A DNA stretch of 64,000 nt from Naegleria gruberi. Taxonomy: Eukaryota. The notes below the pieces were generated by a model. The model did no database searches and was not told the DNA's origin. It saw nothing but the letters and a program-made list of their open reading frames with translations. The stretch lies in assembly GCA_000004985.1 (NCBI GenBank), contig GG738908.1. One strand, 5' to 3'. The translations under genes and the position numbers were made by a program. Below are positions 46,158 to 58,080 of the stretch, piece after piece; position 1 is the stretch's first letter; each line of letters begins with the position of its first letter.

Positions 46158-46703
46158 TTGCCTCCAAATTTCAATTACAAATACAGCTACATGCAAACAG
46201 TTGTTGGAAACTCTAGCCAACACATCAGTGGAACTTTCGAATATGATTTTGATGCAATTGGAGGAAAGTCAAGATTGGATTCGTATACAACCGGACCTTT
46301 AGGTCAAGTGAATGTGGCCACAAATTGGATCTTTCTCAATAACTCTAATGGCCTACAACTTTCCTACACCAACACTCAAGGTTCCTGCACCTGTGTCCAA
46401 ATCAAGAAAACTCATTTCGACCAAATATGTTATCCTATTGGAAACCCAATTGAAAATGAAAAGATTGTGATTGGTGGATTAGTTGCCAATCGTTTGGTTT
46501 ACCTCGAAGAAAATGGACAAACAAGAATTGAAAGTACCATTTTCAATCAAGATGGAAATTGTTGGATTTTGAATAGAAATGTTTTTTCCAAAATGATTGT
46601 TCAATCATTCAATTATTATAACATGGTTGGAAAGTTGTATGTTGAGAGATTTAGATTACCTGCTAATTGTCCAAAAGCAGATCATTGCACTCCACTTCCA
46701 TGA
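46158..46703 (+). CDS. Hypothetical small Cys-containing protein; the upstream signal-peptide-like ORF lies in another frame
   Basis: A 181-aa ORF with an internal ATG at 46191 and 8 Cys. A short ORF at 46037-46138 (MDPTRFSLSLIVVLILFNTFHLSNC...) looks like its signal peptide but is in a different frame. I found no canonical intron that joins them. Confidence 0.35.
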   Translation: MPPNFNYKYSYMQTVVGNSSQHISGTFEYDFDAIGGKSRLDSYTTGPLGQVNVATNWIFLNNSNGLQLSYTNTQGSCTCVQIKKTHFDQICYPIGNPIENEKIVIGGLVANRLVYLEENGQTRIESTIFNQDGNCWILNRNVFSKMIVQSFNYYNMVGKLYVERFRLPANCPKADHCTPLP

Positions 46704-46908
46704 ATTTGAGAGATTGGTAAAATACCTTTCAAGAAAACATAAGAATCAATAAAGAAAACATTTAAATTTATTCAGTTATCATGAATGATTACATGCAATA
46801 AGAACTTTTTTTCTTCTATAAATTGATCTATTAAGCAAATATGTGTTCAGTAATTTCAGTCATTGTAATTTAGTATTTCGGAGCTTGGGATTCTTAAGGA
46901 AGAAAAAA

Positions 46909-48389
46909 ATGTCCTACTCCCTCTTTGTGCCTCTTTCTCTGAGTCTTTCTGACGATGCACCAGGTTTTAATACCAGCAATACTGCAGCAATAGATTCATC
47001 ATCATCTCATCAGCAACACCTTCGGAGGAGGAAAATCTTGGACCATTGTGCTGGAAATGTGATGGCACTGGCTTGCAAAAAAGAAAAGGACCAAAACCTC
47101 CCAAATCATCAAATAATAATCATATAATTAATAATAATAGTAATAATAATAATTTAATAGATGATGAAATTCCACCATGTAAAGTTTGTAAAGGCATGAA
47201 AAGGTTGAAAATTAAAAAACAATTATTGGAAGCCAAAAGTCGGATGGGAGAAATTACTCAAGTTTCCATTCCAAGTGATTGGAACAAAATAGTAGGACTA
47301 GGAGACGAGCAAGAAGGTTCTAGCTATGATAATGTAGAACATTTAAATCAAGTACTTCTCACACAAGAAGAACTCCAACCAAAAGAAGGAGAACAATTGT
47401 GTGGTCTTGTTGGAGGATGGAGAATATTCCAAAAGAAAGGAGGACATCGTTGGACTACTGATGATATTGTTACAGCTTGGGCAGCATGTACTGCAGTGAA
47501 AACTATTTTACCTCTCATTAGGAAATTTAACAGAGAAAATCAACCATCATCATCATCTTCATCGTCTACTGATATTTCAATCGAGGAAGAAGATGCTGAT
47601 ATCAAATGGGAAGATTTGATTTCAAATTATTTAGATATCGGATGTGGAAATGGTTCTGTTCTAATGATGGTAGCTCGGAATATGCCACTCACAACCAAAT
47701 GCATTGGAGTTGAGGCAAGAAGTGAAGCTGTCTCTCTCGCCCGTAGGAGCATTGCTTTCAATTGTGGATTGGATTCAACTCGTATTCAGGTGAGAAATAG
47801 AGATTTTCGAGAAATTAATTCCAATACCATGATGAATGTATTACCTGAAGGAAGTGGTTTTTTCGATCTAGTAACAGGCACCCCTCCTTACTTTAGAGTA
47901 AATTTCAAACATAATAGCAACAAGGTGGAAGAAGCATTAATAAGACAAGGTGGTATGCCTTCTAATAAGGACTCTTGTCCTGCAAGATGTGAATTCAGAG
48001 GAGGAATAGAGGCCTACTGCCAAGCTGCGTCTGTTGCCATGAAACCAATGAGTGGTGTGTTTGTGGTGTGTGAAAATTGGTTGAATCATGATCGTGTGGT
48101 AATGGCCGCAAAAGAAGCAAGGCTGCACATTTACTCTATGAATAAGATAAGCGGAAAAGAGGGTAAAGATGTACTATTTTGTGTCTATTCAATGATCAGC
48201 CAACAATTGGTTGACTCTATATCGGAAAGCACATATGTACAAATAAGCAACTATTCAAAATTAATAGAAACCACTATCAACTCGCAAGCAGTTCGAGATA
48301 TGGATGGAGCGTGGACAAATGATTATGGACAATTATTGAGGGATGTTCTCTACCCAGTTGCAAGCCTTCATCCCAGTGGTAAATATTAA
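46909..48389 (+). CDS. SAM-dependent methyltransferase of the small-domain / (D/N/T)PPY class with an N-terminal CxxC...CxxC zinc-ribbon-like motif; the 5' region contains a frame discontinuity
   Basis: The main ORF 47046-48389 reads GGWRIFQKKGGHRWTTDDIVTAWAA ... LDIGCGNGSVLMMVARNMP (motif I) ... IGVEARSEAVSLARRSIAFNCGLDSTRIQV ... FDLVTGTPPYF (motif IV, TPPY). It has no in-frame ATG. The ATG at 46909 (aaaaaaATG, MSYSLFVPLSL...) is in the -1 frame. CWKCDGTG...PPCKVCKG lies between the two. Confidence 0.6.
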
Positions 48390-48948
48390 CAACAATATTT
48401 TGACCTACCAAATACTTCATTTTCAATTTCCATTTATTTAAAAGAGATGATTGACTTTGAAATGTGTCAACATTTGAGAAGAAAAATCATGTTTGCCCGC
48501 TGTAACAATTATTGTAGATCAATTGTAGTTTCTCGTAGAAATTCAGGTATGTGCATGAAAATTTACTTTAGCTGTTTAGCCAGCTACAATGGGTCTTTGC
48601 TTGCCTCTTATTTGTACAGAAGCCTAATGATGGCGATGTGATGGAGGTTGATGGGCGAATGTAATATTCTTCACCTACCATTAAGGAAGAAGCCTTTTAA
48701 AAGCAAGAAAAAAAGAACACCGTTATGAGCGAATCACATGATATCGGCAACAGTGGTGCTCTCAAACATCATCATCATCAATTAGATAATAGTAGTAAGG
48801 AAAATGGTGGCTCAATTGTTAGCTCTTCATCAAATACCCAATCAAATATCAGCAAGGGCGCATTTTCCTTCATGAAGAGCATAATATATGATAAGCTTTT
48901 TAATTTTCTAGCAATGGCCAAATCTTCCGAGAGCAGAAATGGAAGAAA

Positions 48949-51900
48949 ATGGCAATCAATCTATTATTTGTTTCATATCTATTTCTTTTTCGTCATCTTA
49001 ATAATACCTACTCTATCAACATATTATCCAAACCTCTATACATCAGATACAACACAATATGCATCAAGAATTCAGAGTTTCCCTCTCCCTTTGGATACTA
49101 TGGTGGTTTTGTATTTAGAGTTTTGAACTACTTCATAACGTTTGGCGTTGATACTCTTAGTGCTCCCTATTATTTTACTATTGCACTGTCATCAGTCATC
49201 ATATTACTTTACTCATGCTTCCCACTCTTGGTTGTTTACACTCACAAAAAACTCTATGGAAGCGCCAAGAAACGACTCAATTCTTTTGTGGGCATATTTT
49301 CCTTCCTTGTTCTTGTTTTTGCTCCTTTCAGTATCTTTGTAATGACTAGTTTTATTGATTGTGATTTGAAAACAACAATAAGTGTGGATGGTTTTGATGT
49401 ATATCCACTGATCAGGTTTCCAACCTATGCATGCTACGATTCAAGCAATGTCATTCTCATTGTAATTAACTATATAGGAATGGCCATCTTGTTGGGAAGT
49501 TCTTTGATGGCTGTACATATTCTTCCAATGGGTAATCCAGAATCTTCCATACCCTTTCTTTCTGAAAACCAATTCACATTGATGGGAATTATTGGAAACA
49601 CCATTTTTAGAATTGGTATTGTTTTTGCAATTCCATATTATCTACTTTATTTGAGAGCTATTGTACACGCAGTATTTTCAATTGTTTCAATAGTCTATCT
49701 TTTTTTTGGAGTGCCATTCTTTAAAAGATATGAAAACTCTGTTTATTCTGCAGTATTATTTGGTTCATTTGGATCAAGTATTGGAGTTTTGATTAGCTGC
49801 CTTGTAAATACTTCAAACGATAATAATTTGGGAGCTGGAATGCTTGGTCTGGTATTTGGATTAACAATAATTTTCATGTCAATTGGATATATTGTTATGG
49901 AAATTTACACAAGATTAATGGTACATAAAATTAGAAAGATTTTCCACCAATTCTTGAACCAAACAACAGACTCCATGTCAGAGGATGATGGCTTGACAAG
50001 CATAATGGAAAGATACTGTGCTGAGATATTTTCGACCATTTCAAACACATCACTAACAGCATTCAGAATGTATATGCAATTCAATATCAAGAAAAAGGTT
50101 GGCTATGCTGTTAACGAAAGAACGGATAGCAATATCATTTTGGTATTCATCAAGACATATGCTCCCAAGAAGAATTTCGATTCACCAATCCTATTATTGT
50201 ACTCTTCCTTATTTATTTCTCATCAATGGACTGATCCTAATAGGTATTCCTTTGCACTTTATCTATTGAAGAGAACTGAGAAGAATCATAACAATAATTA
50301 TTTTGTAAAACTTTCAGTCTTGTGCAGATGTAGAGATATGGAAATGCATATTGACAAGTCACATAATGGAAGAGGAAATTTGGAAGTGAAAGCACTTTTG
50401 GATAAACTGGAACAAAAGCAAGAGGAATTGAAGAATGTACATAGAGCATTTTGGAAAGAAATGACAGCAGAACGTCCTAAAGAGGAGAAAATCTACACTA
50501 TCAATGCTATTTCAGCAGAAATTATGACATACTGTGATGAATCCTATGAGCACTTACTAGCAAACTTTCCTCATGATAAAACAGTGATAAGATACTATGC
50601 TAATTATGTTGAAAATATCAAGTTGGATAAGGAACTATCTACTGGACTCTTTGAAGAAGCACAAGTTTTAGAAGAGGAAGAATCTAAAAACTCGAGAACT
50701 TCAACCTATCTCTTCAACACCTCAAGAAAGGGATCCAAATTCAAAACCAACCGAGTAGCTCCAGCAAATTCTCACAGTTTTTCAGACAATTTGAGAACCA
50801 GTGAAAATAGTCTTACATCTTTTACCCAAAGAAGACCATCATCTCCTACAAATCACACCATTACTCCGGAATTGAGTGTTATCGACAAACAAATACTCGA
50901 AGATTCAGATGATTTTCGTGGGGTAGAAGAAGAATTAACTCCACAACAACTTCACTACCGTCGGGCTGCTGTCTTTAGAAATGCTTTAAACACTCCATAT
51001 GAATCCTCTATTAGAAAATCTATTTTCATAGGACTTGCTGTACTCTCAGTTCTTTTATTGGCTGCTATTTTTTCTGTCTCTGTTTATTATGATATTGAAG
51101 TTACGAAAACATATTTGGTAAAATCCAGCTGTCTTACTATGAGTTCACCTGGTGCAATGCTTCGAGATATTAGATTGATGCAAATTCTAACTGAAACATA
51201 TGGAAATTTGAAATGGAAAATACCTGAAAATGGAACCGTAGAGTACCAAGAATTACAGACCTATATGAGCTATTATACCAAAGCTTTTACTTTCCAACAA
51301 CAAAATTTATTGAACCTTCAAGCTGTTTCACAATCAGGATCTTTTTCTGAAAGAATGTATCAGGACTATACAGTTGAGGACAAGACCATAATGGTACCAA
51401 TTTCTAACGATACATCTTCAAACACACTTCTAGAATATACAAACACATTCAAAAAAACAACATCAGTCAGAGAAATTACTCAAGAATTATTAACCCATGC
51501 CAATTCTGTTCTAGAATTACAAATAGACTATAACAAATCTCTAAATAGTTATCCATTCATGTACATTTTTCAAAATAGAAAGTATGCAGCTGATGCTTTT
51601 TACACCTTTTGCAAAGCGTAAGTTTTTAAATTTTGAATGCTATCTTAATATCATCTTACAGATTTCAAGAAAGTGAAAAAATTCACATTCAAGAATCTAG
51701 AGATATCCTAGGCCAAATTCTGCTTGGATGCTCTGTTGGATTTTCTACTATAATTCTAATTAGTATCTCAATTTCAAGATTAGAAATGGAAAAATCTTCA
51801 ATTATATTTAAACTATATAAAACCATTTCGAAGGATATTATTGGAGTTATTTTTCAAGAGTTGGATAAGAAACATAAGAATGATGAGCTTAAAGGACTTA

Positions 51901-54298
51901 AAAAGAAACGACTTCCAAAACCAAAACATACAACAGTAATTGTTTCATTTATTATTATTGCAATATTTTTGGTTTGTTCTGGAATTTTCTATCAGGAAAT
52001 GTTGACAAATGTTGAAAGAGCAAATATTGCCATGCAAAATGTTGATATTGCATCTCTAATGATCAGAACAACCAATAGAATTACTCTGAGATTGAATGAA
52101 ATGTTTTCCTATCTCAGTATTCCACTAGGAAAATCGGTAAATAATCCTGCTATTGTTACCGCTTCTGTTATTGCACAATACAGAGCAGATGTGAGAACAT
52201 TTACAACAACTGTACAATCTCTATTCTCTCAATTAGTTTACGGAACTAACAGTACAAACTCAATTATTGGCATTTACCCTAAAATTGATGAAATGTTAAA
52301 GGGAGATCCTACTTGTGATAATGTTACCTTATTGTATTGTGGAAGTTTGGAACAAATGGTATCAATTTATACTATTTTGGGTGGAGGAATGTCTGAAAAC
52401 TTTTTCAATCCAATCTATGCCAAAAACTCTAAAGAAGTGTTGAATTATCTTGTAAAAATGTATAATATGAACGATATGGTTTTCGAAAAGCTTGTTGATT
52501 TCATGGATTTGTTGGTTACCTATACTGGTCAAGCTAGTTTATCATCAACTATTGGACTTTTTATTGCTGGATTGATAGTCTTGTTAATTTCCAATTACAC
52601 CATGTATTTATCTATTATTACCTATGACAGACAAGTTTCCAGTTTGAGAGGAATGTTGAACTATTTACCTTACGAGTGGATTGAATCGAATGAAACTGTA
52701 AAGAATTTTGTTTTCTATAATTCCTTGCCACTCGTTAATCAAAGGAATAATTTAAAGAAGGGAAGTGATACACTCAACAATTTACTTCATTCCATGGTTG
52801 ATGGTGCAGTGCTTTCTAACGAGAAGGGAGAAATTCTTCTATTCAACACTGCATGTCAAAGACTATTCTCTAAAATTCCTTCAGAAGTAATGGGACTCAA
52901 ATTCTACTCATTATTTGATAAGGCCAACGAATCTAAATTAATAGACATTGCCAGAAATTGTAGAGATTACCTTGTTGAAGGAGAGAACAATAAGAATGGT
53001 GAAGTTATGGAGTTGAATTGTATCAGAAAGAATCTATCCACATTCCCTGCACAAGTTAATATTTTCGTCACAAGAGATGGTGATAATAAGGTTGTCATTG
53101 TATGCTTTATCAAGGATATTACTACAGAAAAGAAGGCAAATACATTACTAAGTGAAGAAAAGAAGAATTCTGAAAAGTTGTTGAGAAATATTCTACCAGA
53201 ATCTGTTGCATTGAAATTGAAGAGTGGTAACAGCTTTGTTGCTGAAAGATTTAATGATGTTAGTGTATTCTTTTCAGATATGTAAGTATTCCACAATTAT
53301 TATTATTCATAATATTCATATATATTCCATAATTATTATTCAATATATTAATATTACTCAAATTAAATAGGGTTGGATTTACAGCATTATCATCGGATAT
53401 GAATCCATCTGATTTGATATTACTATTGAATAATGTAGTGAATGGATTTGATGATTTGACTGACAAGTATGAATTGGAAAAGATTAAAACTATTGGAGAT
53501 GCATACTTTTGTGTTGGAGGTTTACCAATCAATCCACAATCTGATCACCCTGAAAGAACGCTCCGATTTGCTATGGATTGTTTTAGTGTAATTAGAGGAT
53601 TCAACCAAGCTACAAATGGAGAGAAGGTTATCAATATTAGGTTAGTATTATTATTATTTGTAATATTTAGGTAGATGTTAATATTGTTGTTGTGCTCATC
53701 CATCTATATAGAATTGGTATTAATACTGGATCAGTTGTAGCTGGTGTTATAGGAAAGAAGGTAAGTTTTTATAATTGTTATTAATAATATTCATGATGAT
53801 AATTGTTGAATAGAAATTTGCATATGTGAGTGTTGTTATTATTAAAACATTATTAATTGTTTAATATTTTCATACTGATGCTGAATGATGAATAATTATT
53901 ATTAGGATCTGTGGGGAGTAAGTAAATTATAATTAAAATTCAAATACTAACCAAACATCAAGGATACAATCAACACTGCCTCCAGAATGGAATCTAACAG
54001 CAAGCCAGGGCGTATTCAAATTTCACGATCAACCTATGAAAGGTATGTGTTAAAATCTTCTATTTGTTGATATATTATTCTACTTTATAGAGTGTACGAT
54101 TTAGGATTTGAATTTGAAGAAAGAAGTATTGATGTGAAAGGAAAGGGTGTATGTACTTGTTACTTGATGAATGAAAGGTATCACGATAATCCACTGGATA
54201 TTCAAGTTGTTGGTAATAATACTGTTGTTCCACCTGTGGCTTCCGAGAATCCAATCATGACAGCCTTGTCTGATGACCAGACTTCATTGACACAATAA
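48949..54298 (+). CDS. Multi-pass membrane class III adenylyl cyclase with a PAS-like region and a single cyclase-homology domain; at least 8 exons including two 12-nt microexons
   Basis: CDS join(48949..51617,51662..53281,53371..53640,53712..53760,53814..53825,53906..53917,53963..54042,54091..54298). All introns are GT(A/G)AGT...AG and 44-89 nt long. The N-terminus has about 8 TM helices, a long loop and one more TM. The PAS-like region is DGAVLSNEKGEILLFNTACQRLFSKIPSEVMGLKFYSLF. The cyclase-homology domain (CHD) reads FFSDM|VGFTALSS...LEKIKTIGDAYFCVGGLP...INIR|IGINTGSVVAGVIGKK|KFAY|DLWG|DTINTASRMESNSKPGRIQISRSTYER|VYDLGFEFEERSIDVKGKG. The substrate-specifying residues are Lys (K-TIGD) and Asp (YDLWG), which is the adenylate type. 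Metal Asps and the N/R transition-state residues are present. An alternative upstream His-rich ORF (48725) in another frame may be a 5' extension. Confidence 0.8.
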
Positions 54299-54539
54299 AA
54301 ATTGTCATATATTGTGATGATATGAAGTTGTTTCTTGTTTTTTGTTATTGGTTTAAAAAGAATCTTGTAATATTTGAATTTGTTCTAATTGTCGGTAAAA
54401 ATGGCCGCTTTACCAACATTAAAAAACAACAAAAAGAATTTATTTCTTACATCACCAGCAACAAGCCTAAAATCATCACCATGACAATAGCGGGGATCCT
54501 TGGGCATTCAATCTTTCACCCTAAGCAATTTCTTTGCAC

Positions 54540-55800
54540 TAACCTTTGGCGTTACAGCAGTACCAGTGGAAGGAGAAGCTGAAGGAGTAGAGATTGGTAT
54601 CCAAGATATCAATCATGAAAATGACTGAAGTCAAATTGGCAGCAAGTTCAGTAACAATACCCTTGGTAGCAGATGACAAGATATTTTTGATTGATTCAGA
54701 AGCTGCTGAGGTTGAGGTAGATGGATTGGAATGATATTATCGGTAACATCAAGAACTTGGATTCATGGCACCTGTTAAAGTGGAGGATGTAAGATTACTC
54801 AAGATATTCAAAACTGTGTTAGATGATGTTGTAGTAATTTCCTTCGAGTTGACCGTAACCTTGGAGAGAACATCTAAAACTATTGCCATCAAAGGAATAC
54901 TGTAAAGTTCCTGACTAGTGTTACCACCAATATTACAACATCTGATACAATGGAAAGTATGGCTGAATCATTGAAATATGAAGCATCCAGTTATTCCTTT
55001 TTATTCCTTTTCATTCTCTGTAAATGTTGGACAAGTAGGCATTACTGCAGGTTAAAACACTACATTTGGACACATTCATCAAACATTCCAAATAATGCTG
55101 AATCTTATTATGCCAACAGTACTTTTATTGCGTTGACCAAGCAAGAATATGATTATCAATACAGAGAACACACCTCTCACTCTGGCATGTTCTGTTTGAG
55201 CCACCACTCTAGATGTCTTTATTTACAATTATAGATATGAATCTGAAGATCAATATCAATTGAATACTTTTCGAAGAATTTCGGTATGATTTGAGTTTTC
55301 CAAGAGATTGATTGATTCACTCCCCTGCTGGTGCAAATCAAGATGTTAGAAATAAGTACAAGAAGTTCCTTGATTACTATTATGGTACCGCTGTTGTTAC
55401 CAAGACCACAATGGGAGATGGTATCTTCTTTAAGCTTAACTTTAAGAAAGACCTTACCTACTCGTGATTATTACCTGAAGAAGCTGTCTCAAGCATTCAT
55501 TCAACACTCCTCTGTTGAATTCAACATACAAGGTGGTGCTTGAACTCCAGAAATTAATGACGTGAGACCAACTGGTCCAAATGCTCTTAATATTATTGAT
55601 TCTCCATAAGCTTACATGAGTTGGGAAGATTATGCTAGTTCTATCAAATATGATCCTTATCCAGTCAACTATGAATTGACCAATCACACCATCTTTGTTG
55701 AAAGGCCAAGCAGGCTACATTACACAGCCTATTATGAAGTCTGTTCTTGATGAATCAAGAAAAGTCAATCAAAAACCAGCATAGAAGAGGAAAGGAATAT
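54540..55800. pseudogene. Decayed gene remnant(s): coding-like sequence with elevated GC that is interrupted by stops and frameshifts on both strands
   Basis: Plus strand 55330-55760 reads ANQDVRNKYKKFLDYYYGTAVVTKTTMGDGIFFKLNFKKDLTY*...EFNIQGGA*TPEINDVRPTGPNALNIIDSP*AYMSWEDYASSIKYDPYPVNYELTNHTIFVERP. This has protein-like composition with in-frame TGA/TAA. Minus strand 54560-54900 gives S/T-rich fragments. I could not assemble any intact ORF or consistent splice pattern. Confidence 0.3.
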
Positions 55801-55929
55801 TAATAAATCAAGTTAATATTTAGAATTTCACTGAAACTTGTAAAACTATCCGTAATAATTTGTATTCGATTACAATCTCACTTTTGTTACGGATCAATCA
55901 TTTTTCACTATTTTCAAACTCTTAAAAAA

Positions 55930-57492
55930 ATGACTGCACTCTTCATCTCTTTCCTTCTTCTCCTTTGCACATCACTGAAACTATCACATGCTACTACCTA
56001 TCCAGTTTATAACATTTCCAATTTTTTGGGAGGTGGTAGTGTTTTAGGAGATGGTGGATTGGCTGTGAATGCCAAAGTAGAATATACTGAAGGAGTTGCA
56101 GTCAATTCTAAAGGAGAAGTATTAGTAGTACAGAATTTTTATGGTCGTGTTAGAAAGGTTGATAAAAATGGATATGTTACAACGATAGCAGGATTTGGAA
56201 CTTCTGGTGATAGTAGTGGAAATGGAGGTTTGGCAACTAATGCAATGCTTGGCTACCCTGCAGGAATTACAGTTAACGATAAAGATGAAATTTATCTTGT
56301 GGAATATGGAACTCACATGGTTCGAAAGATTTTGGTGAATGGAACAATTCAAGAATTTGCTGGAATTTTAAATGGTGGAGGATTTGGAGGAGATAATGGA
56401 TTGGCAACGAATGCTATTTTTAACCATCCGTATGGAGTTTCAGTTAATCCATTAACAGGTGATGTTTACATTTCAGATTTTTCGAATAATCGAATTCGTA
56501 AGGTAGATTCGAGTGGAATCATTTCAACATATGTTGGAACTGGAAATACAGAGTATGGAGCTGATGACATTTTGGCTGTTAATGCTAATATTAACAGTCC
56601 TTATTATATTGCAACAGGTCCAAATGGTGATTTATACATCCCATTAGTAGGATCATCTAGAATTTGTAAAGTTTCGTATAGTACTGGAAAAATTACAACC
56701 ATAGCAGGTACTGGAGCTTATGGGTATAGTGGAGATGGTGGATTGGCAATTAATGCTGTGATTAGATATCCAAAAAGTATAGCCATAGGTAAACATGGTG
56801 AAATTTTTTTTACTGATTCGGATAATCAAGTCATTCGTCGAATTACTCCAGATGGAATCATTACAACCATAGCGGGCACTGGTAATTTTGGTTATTCTGG
56901 TGATGGCGGTTTAGCAACAAGTGCTGATATCAGTAAGCCAACTGGAATAGCTGTAGATTCGAATGGAACCATTTACTTTTGCGATAATAACAATAATAGA
57001 GTTAGAAAGTTAGTTCCTTACTGTTTGGATGGAAAGCTAGTGAATGGAACTTGTGAATTTTCTTGTTTTGGAATCAAGAACAATCTTGCAACTGTTTGTA
57101 ATGGTCATGGAAATTGTTTGGCCACAAATAGTTGTTTATGTGATTCTGGATGGAAAGGAAATGTACAATGTTCTCAATTCAGTTGTGATGGTTTGAATAA
57201 TTGCAATGGGCATGGCAGTTGTGTTTTGAATAATACTTGTCAATGTCAAGATGGTTGGAAAGGAAATTTAGAGTGTTCTCAATATAGTTGTGAAAGAGTT
57301 AATAATTGTAATGGAAGAGGAGCTTGTGTAGGTGTCAATACTTGTTTGTGTGTTAGTGGATATTTTGGAAAAGAATGTCAATACAAAACCTGTTTTGCAA
57401 ATAGTAACAATGAAATGCTAAATTATGGAAATAGACCATTTACCATGTCTGAAAGATTTTGTCAAAAGATAAATAAACAGTTATTGGTTTAA
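55930..57492 (+). CDS. Secreted NHL-repeat plus tenascin-type EGF-repeat protein; ectodomain paralog of the NHL-EGF receptor kinase, with no kinase domain
   Basis: A 520-aa single ORF with a signal peptide (MTALFISFLLLLCTSLKLSHA). It has about 6 NHL blades (GDVYISDFSNNRIRKVD..., GTIYFCDNNNNRVRKL) and then 4 EGF repeats (C.C.SGWKGN.QCSQFSCD). It ends without a recognisable TM. Confidence 0.75.
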   Translation: MTALFISFLLLLCTSLKLSHATTYPVYNISNFLGGGSVLGDGGLAVNAKVEYTEGVAVNSKGEVLVVQNFYGRVRKVDKNGYVTTIAGFGTSGDSSGNGGLATNAMLGYPAGITVNDKDEIYLVEYGTHMVRKILVNGTIQEFAGILNGGGFGGDNGLATNAIFNHPYGVSVNPLTGDVYISDFSNNRIRKVDSSGIISTYVGTGNTEYGADDILAVNANINSPYYIATGPNGDLYIPLVGSSRICKVSYSTGKITTIAGTGAYGYSGDGGLAINAVIRYPKSIAIGKHGEIFFTDSDNQVIRRITPDGIITTIAGTGNFGYSGDGGLATSADISKPTGIAVDSNGTIYFCDNNNNRVRKLVPYCLDGKLVNGTCEFSCFGIKNNLATVCNGHGNCLATNSCLCDSGWKGNVQCSQFSCDGLNNCNGHGSCVLNNTCQCQDGWKGNLECSQYSCERVNNCNGRGACVGVNTCLCVSGYFGKECQYKTCFANSNNEMLNYGNRPFTMSERFCQKINKQLLV

Positions 57493-57595
57493 GATTTCAT
57501 GGTAACTTCGATTAGGTAAAGTGTTTTGGTCAGCATTATTAATTGCCATTTTGTTGTTGGTACCTGTCATTATCTCTGGTTTGGGATCCGCATGT

Positions 57596-57658
57596 ATTTA
57601 AGAGATTACTTAGTGAAGATTTATATCATTGATTATATTTCTTATCATCTATTAATGA
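57596..57658. repeat. 63-bp direct repeat, copy 1
   Basis: ATTTAAGAGATTACTTAGTGAAGATTTATATCATTGATTATATTTCTTATCATCTATTAATGA. It is 61/63 identical to the copy at 58081-58143. Confidence 0.6.
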
Positions 57659-58080
57659 ACCTGTTGTGACTTCTAAGGCCAAATTCATTGGTAATGAGCT
57701 AGTAGAAACCATTATACTTTACAAATCATGTAACAGTGATACTACACAAAAAAACAAATTCCTAACTGTTGGTGGATTTATTATTCAGAAAGATGATGTT
57801 GACAGATGCAGAATCATTGATTTGAAAATGTTTAACATGGGTGGATTTTTACAAAGCGATTTCATCTTTATTGAAAGTGTGACATGAAAATTAAAAAATG
57901 ACTTAAAACTAGTTTTTATCCTTAATTGGTTGAATAACATTTTCATATAGTAAATTGAATGTTTACTTTGGTAAAAACAAACCCTTGCAAACTGGTAATA
58001 AAACCAAAACCAAGAACCATTACTTTGGTACATAAATTCAAATGGGTTTGGTTAGGATTCAGAGTTGATTTATTTGGGTT

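Noticed and set aside
57493-57600. Hydrophobic 30-codon stretch (LGKVFWSALLIAILLLVPVIISGLGSACI) just downstream of the secreted NHL-EGF gene, which could be a TM exon
   Set aside because: It is in a different frame from the gene, and no GT..AG pair with compatible phase joins them. T-rich intergenic DNA readily yields hydrophobic pseudo-ORFs.
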